A stretch of DNA of 63,999 nt, counting the filler, from Sanchytrium tribonematis (taxonomy: Eukaryota): assembly GCA_018985235.1 (NCBI GenBank). It is 23 parts of 23 records of this genome, joined end to end, with 100 filler letters (N's around TTAATTAATTAA, not from the genome) between each part and the next. Parts side by side here need not be neighbours in the genome. Positions count along the whole stretch, not along the records: positions 57,079 to 58,419 come from JADGIG010001322.1; positions 58,520 to 59,859 come from JADGIG010001323.1; positions 59,960 to 61,297 come from JADGIG010001324.1; positions 61,398 to 62,726 come from JADGIG010001325.1; positions 62,827 to 63,999 come from JADGIG010001382.1; 18 more parts are not named here. One strand, given 5' to 3'. The stretch's first letter is position 1. The number at the start of each line of letters is the position of its first letter. The notes below the pieces were generated by a model. That model was not told the origin of the DNA. It saw only the letters and a program-made list of their open reading frames with translations, and ran no database searches. The position numbers and the translations under genes were made by a program. Positions 56,979 through 63,999 of this stretch are shown here, in pieces.

Positions 56979-57304
56979 NNNNNNNNNNNNNNNNNNNNNN
57001 NNNNNNNNNNNNNNNNNNNNNNTTAATTAATTAANNNNNNNNNNNNNNNNNNNNNNNNNNNNNNNNNNNNNNNNNNNNGTAGAGCCGGAATAGATTGGTG
57101 GGCTTGTGCTGACATTTAACCATCAAACAATAAACTTATTATTATTATGCATTTTCGACAAGTTGCAATGAGTAAATATCATGTCACATGTTGCCATATT
57201 GTGTCATTTTTGCCAAATCATTTAGCAGATGATATCATTCATCAAATCATCAATAACCACGTGCTACTCCAAATTGCATTTAAACAGAGACACGTCCATT
57301 CCCC

Positions 57305-57922
57305 ATGCTATTGCTATTGTTGAGTTTATTCGCAGTTGTGAGGGATGAGGGACCAATTACAGAGGATATCGAAAACAATGTGTACCGTGGATTCCAGAAT
57401 TATAAGGAATCTCAAAATCCAGATGATATCGCTAAATTAGTGGAGGCCAATGGCTATCAGAATTCAATGTATTACGCAGCCAAGTGGTACCGAAATTACC
57501 CAAACGATCCTTTTTCTGATTCGATTTGCCAACGTGTTTTAATTGAAATCGGATTAAAAAAAGAAACAAAGGTAGGTAAATCTCTTTATTATCCACTGAT
57601 GATTCAGTTCTACGCTGCAGTCAAAGCAAATGCTCCATCCGAAATTCCTGAATTGATGATGGATTTTGCAATTGCGTTTTACGTATGGAGACCCATATCA
57701 TCTAATGGACAAATGATCGCATTTACGTGTTTAAGACAACATTATGGTGCTATTGAAAGTGGATTTGGTTTGTTGAACAAAGTATTCGAGCCATTTGAGG
57801 GGGATGATTTTAATTTGGCAAAAACGTTTAGAACACCAGAATTGACTAGCATTTTGCCAAATGAATTAAAAGCTAGATTGGAATCAGGATGGTATCGCAA
57901 ATGTTTCAATAAAGCACCTTGA
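57305..57922 (+). CDS. Secreted orphan protein
   Basis: MLLLLLSLFA signal; paralog immediately downstream. Confidence 0.7.
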   Translation: MLLLLLSLFAVVRDEGPITEDIENNVYRGFQNYKESQNPDDIAKLVEANGYQNSMYYAAKWYRNYPNDPFSDSICQRVLIEIGLKKETKVGKSLYYPLMIQFYAAVKANAPSEIPELMMDFAIAFYVWRPISSNGQMIAFTCLRQHYGAIESGFGLLNKVFEPFEGDDFNLAKTFRTPELTSILPNELKARLESGWYRKCFNKAP

Positions 57923-58077
57923 TTTTCATGTTGATGATCTGCTATATGTTTTAGATAGAGTAATTAATCATACATGTCGTCATTATCTGTACAATCAACC
58001 ACACATGACGCTACACGTGATTAAAATTCGTCATTTATGGCGTCATATGTTAAAAATGTCAAAATAGTACTTTCCCC

Positions 58078-58419
58078 ATGATATCCAACCAATAAGTGAA
58101 AAAGCATCTAGAGCCAAGTACTTTGGTATTTTTGAAAATCCTGGTGAATTAAATAATAACATCATCAATTCAAATCCAGCATGGCCAGTTCTTGCTTTTT
58201 ATTATGCAGGGAAATGGGCGCAAGAGCGTAATCAAGAATAGAATCTTGTTTGCAGATTGGTAATTTATTCATGTGAGGAACTCAATCATGAATTTGATCA
58301 AATTTTCTTTCACCATGTGATGATTGAATTGTATGACAAAGTATCCAAAAGCAATCCTGGCCAAATCCACGATCTAATGTTGGATTTTGCAGTATATTTC
58401 TTAGTGAATCGACCATTAA
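58078..58419 (+). pseudogene. Disrupted paralog of the 57305 gene
   Basis: FYYAGKW and MIELY..V....P.QI.DLMLDFA..F.V.RP align with 57305; signal peptide missing; in-frame TAG at 58239-58241. Confidence 0.65.
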
Positions 58420-58519
58420 NNNNNNNNNNNNNNNNNNNNNNNNNNNNNNNNNNNNNNNNNNNNTTAATTAATTAANNNNNNNNNNNNNNNNNNNNNNNNN
58501 NNNNNNNNNNNNNNNNNNN

Positions 58520-59124
58520 ATAAATGGTGGAATAGCTGGTATTTTCCCACTTAAATAATTGTAATCTATTCTAATCTGTATTAAATTAGTTGGAAATGCT
58601 GGTAAATTACCACTTAATTGATTAAATCTCATATATCCATGCACCAATGTAGATGGAAACACAATAGATCCATTAAATTGATTATTAGCAATGAATAAAT
58701 CCTTGACATTATTCAATAATGGCATTTTGCCACTCAATTCATTATGAGTCACATCAAATGCAATCAAAGTACTACTACTATTCAAATTTAATGTCCCATT
58801 TAATAAATTACATCCCAATTTCAAATTACTGATTGGTAATTTAAAATGAACTTGTCCCGTCAACAAATTATTATATAAATTCAAAGTATCTAAATATTCT
58901 GGTAATATGGCATCTGTAATATCACCATTTAATTGTTTATTACTCCAATCAATACTAATCACATTGTTATTGACACATTTGATACCTGTATTGGATAAAC
59001 AACAATCTGACAAGATATTTAAATACATGGTGGGTTGCATGACATGTAGATTCAATTTTTGAGCGAGTTGGATAATGATTTGACAATCTGAAATCAATCC
59101 AAAAATCATGAAAATATAAAACAT
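58520..59124 (-). CDS. Secreted LRR protein with Cys N-cap (3' truncated)
   Basis: SDCQIIIQLA...DCC...GIKC...V..I.W, LxxNxLxG repeats; paralog of 603. Confidence 0.85.
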
Positions 59125-59163
59125 GTTTTGAGATGAAAGCCACTCAACGGACAATTTTATTGT

Positions 59164-59649
59164 TCATTGCTCAGGTAACTCTTCTACTCTATCACGCTCT
59201 TCACTCAAAAACATTTGAAAACAATAAACGCCAAATATTGTAAAAGCAATACTTGCATCACCAAAATCTATTAAACTTGCATACAAAGTTGCTAATGTGA
59301 AAGCAATTGTAGTGAGTATTAGATATCCATCACCAATTTCTCTCTTTTCCAACATGTGTGCTTTGCTCCTGTCAATTTGGTTGATACGTAAAGCATTTTC
59401 AACTATTTCTGCACCTTGAGTCGTATCAATTGGATTCTCTCGCATGTATTCTAATAAATCTTTGATTTGTTCAGGTTTAATACGTATCTTTGACAAAGGG
59501 TTCTGCCATAGATGAAATGGTTTTGTTTGAATACAATCTAATACTGCACCCACTTTGATATTATTTAGGTTGATATGTCTATTAATGGATAAAATACTCT
59601 TTGCCAATGCTTCCAATGTCACTTGAGCAAACACTGACAGAAACAACAT
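59164..59649 (-). CDS. Orphan secreted/membrane protein with LEKR site and two C-terminal hydrophobic helices
   Basis: Layout similar to the 35301 gene. Confidence 0.6.
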   Translation of the reverse strand: MLFLSVFAQVTLEALAKSILSINRHINLNNIKVGAVLDCIQTKPFHLWQNPLSKIRIKPEQIKDLLEYMRENPIDTTQGAEIVENALRINQIDRSKAHMLEKREIGDGYLILTTIAFTLATLYASLIDFGDASIAFTIFGVYCFQMFLSEERDRVEELPEQ

Positions 59650-59959
59650 GTGCGCAAATCACGTTGTTCTCTATTTGTACCAAATTAAACCAATCAAAAT
59701 ACACAACAATAGCCCCTATTTATTGAATCACTTAAAACGATGGCATTGTTTTTGATTTTCTGGAATTTCTTTTAAAACTTTTAATGTGATAATTACCATA
59801 AATCAATCCAAATAAACACAATCCACTAATGACCAATCTCACAATCATTTGCCATGTCCNNNNNNNNNNNNNNNNNNNNNNNNNNNNNNNNNNNNNNNNN
59901 NNNTTAATTAATTAANNNNNNNNNNNNNNNNNNNNNNNNNNNNNNNNNNNNNNNNNNNN

Positions 59960-60244
59960 CTTATTAAGAATGTGTTTAGGTGTACTTTCTATTCTGGGTG
60001 TAGCTATGTGTGAATTCAAATCTTGTAGCCTTGACTGTATATACAGTATTTGTTTCCCCAATTCTGGTGTGGCATTTGGACAATGCGCTCTTGCCACTCC
60101 AAGGGATGATGATAAGGAATCCACTGCCCCCAATAGCTCAAAGATAGGATGTGATTTCTTGACTCTCTGTCCGGTGAACAAAGAGGTTGTGCCTTTATCT
60201 CCTGTGCGTGTATAAATTTTGGTGTATTTTATAAGACTTTGCAT
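59960..60244 (-). CDS. Cob(I)alamin adenosyltransferase, PduO/MMAB type (3' truncated)
   Basis: KIYTRTGDKGTTSLFTGQRV.K, G.VD.L.S.LG.A, IQ..L.DL...IATP. Confidence 0.9.
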
Positions 60245-60270
60245 TGTATGAAAAAAAGTGAATCTTTTAT

Positions 60271-61297
60271 TTATATTGCAGGAGGGTCAAAATGCGGAGG
60301 CAAGACTTTAAAAATAAACTCGTTGAGATACTGTTCAAAAACTTCAAACGATTCCAAATTATTATGTCTGCCATACTTTAAAATCAAAAGTTCTATATTT
60401 TTTTCACCATAAAATTCAAAACTTTTTGTATTTATGCACTTGTGTTTCCAATGTGGATGGTCTATATCATAAGCGCTTCCTTTAATAGCTTCTAGAATGA
60501 GTTGAGGACTTAAATTTTCAACGCTAATTTTATTATGAGTCAAATCATAATGATAGCCAAGAACTGAGTTGTATAACAACTTTGAGTGCTCGAAAGGAAT
60601 TACATTATCACCCGCACCATGAACTATAAAAATCGGAGCATTGATAGCCGGCAGATGTAGAGTTGTGTTTAGTTTAATTTGAATAAACTTTAAAAGCTGT
60701 GCCTGAAATTGTTTTGGAAACAATTTGAAGGGCCTCAATAAAGGTATTACGGGGTAGTCCAAGGCAGCTAAAGGCACACTTGCCATAGGAGCTAGGAGCA
60801 CTAAGCCGCCAACATTAATTTGGGGATTCAAATATAGAAATTTCGAGACAATGCCAGTCCCTAGGCTGTGCGCGACTATAATAATATCTTTTGACAAAAT
60901 GCCTTTTCCTAATACAAAATCAATGACAGTTTGAAAATCTTCGACTAAACTCTTTTCCGAAGGCCCTGTCAATAAATTTTGATCACATCTCGAGTCTCCA
61001 AAACAGGCGTAATCGAAAGCAAGTACTGGGTAAATTTTGGAAAGAATACGATACGTTCTTACTCTGTGAAATTCTGATCTATCTCTTGAGTTGCCATGTG
61101 CATAAATAATTATTTGTTTTCCTTTTTTGAGCGAATTCACCTTTTCGCCTACCAACCAAGACCCAAGTTTAGTTTTACCTTTTTCAATATAAAATTGTTC
61201 CACTCTCTCTTCTCTGATCCAATACTTAAAAGGCTTATTCGGCTCAGACCATGGAAAATTTAGCCACGACAATACAATGATATGTCCTTGAAGCTCT
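60271..61297 (-). CDS. ABHD12-like alpha/beta hydrolase (5' truncated)
   Basis: IIYAHGN...R, FDY..FGDS, PSE..LV.D, HSLGTG, HG..D.VIP. Confidence 0.85.
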
Positions 61298-61397
61298 NNN
61301 NNNNNNNNNNNNNNNNNNNNNNNNNNNNNNNNNNNNNNNNNTTAATTAATTAANNNNNNNNNNNNNNNNNNNNNNNNNNNNNNNNNNNNNNNNNNNN

Positions 61398-62726
61398 ATT
61401 TCATTAAAATGATTTGGGAGTCTCGCTTACCTCTATTACCAGCCCTAGCATTTTCTTTTGCATTAAATTCCTTTTCAGTTCCACACTTCACACAAACTAC
61501 AACCGGCATGACATTGCCCTGATCGGAGTGATAGTGTCCAATGTATATCTGAGCGCGATTGTGCTGTTTTTCTCCACTCTCTATAGAAAAGTAGTCCATA
61601 GGAACAGGATCAGTAAATTTTTCGTCCACTTGGATTAATTCCTTACACAACTCACTTGTTGGTGCAGGGGCAGATTTTCCTTTGATATTAATCCCATCAC
61701 AAACAACGAAAAGAAGCTTTCTATCGGATGCATAAGTTGTGTTTGCCAAAGACTCAAAAGTGCCTTTCAAACCCTCTGTCTCTTCATTATAACATGTCAC
61801 AAGTATAACGGTCGGTGGATTTGTCACATCTTTTTTGGCAATAAGCCTTGGTTCAATCACCCACGAAAAATATATAGCCATGAAAAATCTGGACAAGATA
61901 ATACCCAAAATAGCAATAAGTGCTAAAAGATTGATAAGTTGTGCTACAAAACATCCAGGCCCGTCTTTTTGAACACCTTGTGCTCTCCAACGAGTGGATA
62001 TACAGGTAATCGTATTTTGAAGAGCAGGATTCGAGTCAAATTCGAGGGTTGCATCCCTGCCAGCAAATACTCCACTAGTGTACTTTCTGATAGCTGTATC
62101 TACTGGGTCATTGTCGATTGGATTTTTATTTTGGTCCAAATAAAATCCCATGTCAAGAACATTACCGTTCAAAACAAAAAGCTTGTTGTTATTACCCAAA
62201 ACATTGTCGTATGTGCTTAAAGACTCCACAGTTGCACTACTAACCTTAGGAGATAATGTATTAAAGTCTTTACAAGAGCCTCCACAAATTCCATCTAAAT
62301 TCATGGTTGCTGCAGTATTTGACAAACCATTACACGCACCAGGGTTGATAGCCTGCACCAAAGAGTCGCGACTAAATTGCTCACTTACAGATCCATCCTT
62401 ATTGATGCTTTGCAAAACAGGATTACTAGAGATAAGAAAACCATAACCAAAGACAGTATTGAAGAGCTTTTGATCTGCTGTACTTTTACTGTCTAAAGAG
62501 CTCTGATCCTTGGGACACAAAACTTCCTGTAGAGCTACGGTGAAAAAGGCTACAAACGCCATAAGTATACCAAATATAATACAAATTGTGACTTTTTCTC
62601 TCCAATCCTGAACTTTTTTTACATTTCGTCCAGCAGGGTCTACTGAGCCAACTAAACAAGTATCCGTAAAACAAAAACTACAAGTACATGATCTTGCCAT
62701 TCGAGCAAAAAATCCTTTCTCGTGTT
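61398..62726 (-). CDS. Chitin synthase, division 2 (internal fragment)
   Basis: WREKV..C, b5-like GRDAT, GCFV, VTCYNE, LFVVCDG, GNRGKRDSQIILM. Confidence 0.92.
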
Positions 62727-62826
62727 NNNNNNNNNNNNNNNNNNNNNNNNNNNNNNNNNNNNNNNNNNNNTTAATTAATTAANNNNNNNNNNNNNNNNNN
62801 NNNNNNNNNNNNNNNNNNNNNNNNNN

Positions 62827-63373
62827 TCTGCTCATCACTCGATGAATCCCCCTTTTCATATGTCAATTTAGGTGACATCTTCGGAGTTGCCAGTTTATTA
62901 ATTTGAATGGGTTTGGACTGATTTAGAAAACTCATTTTCATCATTTCTTCAGTTGGAAATGGCATTCCTGATTTATACTTGTCTCTAATAGGTGGTCCAG
63001 ATGTAAATAAACTGGTACGTTGACATTCATTTATAAAATCGTCCACACTATCAAAATGTGGCATTTTTAAAGATTTTAAATATTCAATTTCCTTGAGCAA
63101 CTTGACACTTGATTTGTAATTTTCTTGTAATTCTTCTATTGCTTTGACATTTTGTTCTGATTTCTTGAATATTTGCTGGTATAGTTTCTTAATTTTAGTA
63201 TGATTTTGTTGATGTTCTTTAATAATGTTTAAGTGATGTTGCACCTGTAATTGTTTCTCAAATAATCCGTCTAAATCGGGTGTGCCTATAAGCATATCTC
63301 TTTTTACTTGATTTAATTGTAATTGGAAGGATTCTATGGCGGAAATACAGTCAGAAGTTGCTTCAAATGTCAT
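62827..63373 (-). CDS. MED4: Mediator subunit Med4-like (3' truncated)
   Basis: Coiled coil, S.FT..PP, PFPTEEMMK.S.L, acidic tail. Confidence 0.6.
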
Positions 63374-63406
63374 GATATTTCAAGGAGAGCGTACGAAACA
63401 TCAAAA

Positions 63407-63919
63407 ATGTCATTATTTTTAGCAGTTTCTTATATGGGCTTCCTAGGAGCTATCTACGTCGGAATAGTCAAATTCTTACAGTATAGAAAGGGAAAAGCCA
63501 AAACAGACTATTTTACTTTTGAAGAAACGACTATATTTAATGATTTGGTAGAACAAGAAGCAGAAGTGCGTAAAATAGCACCTGCATTGATGAAAAGAGC
63601 AGTAGCAAATATCAAGAAGATGATGAAACTTAGAGAAGATAAACAAGCCGTGTCTATTTTGTTAAAATATGGTAGTGTTGGAGATGATTTGTGGAATGAA
63701 TTACAAAATGCAGAACAAGTATTAAGTCAGGAGATTATGGATACTGTAGAATCAGCAGATTTGGTCAAACCTGGTTGGGGGCAAAGTATCTTTCCAGAAG
63801 CACAGCAGATCGTGGCTGTAGAACAACAAAAAGAACAAGTTGAAAATCAAAAACGAGTTCAAAAGATGATGCAACAAATGAAACAACAACAAGCTATGGA
63901 GCAGCAATCCCTTGAATAA
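63407..63919 (+). CDS. SEC66: Translocon subunit Sec66/Sec71
   Basis: N-terminal TM, ALMKRA, GSVGDDLW, PGWGQSIF. Confidence 0.88.
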   Translation: MSLFLAVSYMGFLGAIYVGIVKFLQYRKGKAKTDYFTFEETTIFNDLVEQEAEVRKIAPALMKRAVANIKKMMKLREDKQAVSILLKYGSVGDDLWNELQNAEQVLSQEIMDTVESADLVKPGWGQSIFPEAQQIVAVEQQKEQVENQKRVQKMMQQMKQQQAMEQQSLE

Positions 63920-63999
63920 ATTATAATTTATTAAATCCGCTGACGATTTCATCTAGTTGTTTAGGTGCAATTGGATTTGATATTTTAATTGGTTTTTCA

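Noticed and set aside
51274..58419. Genome-wide TAA/TAG-to-Gln recoding
   Set aside because: Conserved genes (RPL1, RPL8, HIS4, GTB1 after KDEL) end at TAA in the expected place, long ORFs are stop-free, and only two isolated in-frame stops were seen.
1385..62826. Regularly spaced TTAATTAATTAA palindromes resembling a repeat array
   Set aside because: They sit inside fixed N runs as assembly spacers; ORF tails ending XXX-LIN are artefacts, and gene adjacency across spacers has no biological meaning.
44..63952. Many short antisense or nested ORFs in the track (e.g. 2003, 4679, 6355, 14036, 25982, 40570, 61939)
   Set aside because: They are shadows of real genes on the opposite strand or another frame, with no recognisable motifs.
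1..63999. CRISPR arrays, rRNA, tRNA, prokaryotic operons or defence systems
   Set aside because: None seen by eye; the sequence is eukaryotic. Small ncRNAs cannot be excluded without covariance-model searches.

Overview
AT-rich eukaryotic DNA from a very compact, early-diverging (zoosporic-type) fungal genome. Evidence: chitin synthase, SEC66, TPPP/p25, a cobalamin adenosyltransferase, LRR and hevein-like expansions. A sanchytrid-like or similar reduced lineage is my inference only. The window is not one locus: it is 23 contigs joined by 22 artificial 100-nt spacers (N44-TTAATTAATTAA-N44), with ~1.35-kb contigs and two ~16.7-kb contigs. Contig 2963-19741 is densely packed with housekeeping genes. 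Contig 34485-51173 holds almost only small orphan secreted proteins, their pseudogenes and a decayed LINE. Most striking signal: the apparent frameshifts in conserved genes are ultrashort spliceosomal introns. Six are exactly 19 nt, one is 20 nt and one is 26 (or 20) nt, with a fixed layout (GTA...A8...T12-x-A14...YAG); one lies inside a Harbinger transposase. Other notable items: a tandem family of secreted proteins with a C-x(n)-W-x-C domain and shared ERSE-like promoter (CCAAT-N9-CCACG); 6-Cys hevein-like proteins lacking one disulfide pair; a ribosomal-protein promoter module; 25-42 bp divergent intergenic regions; and an in-frame TAA at a conserved Gln of DBP8.
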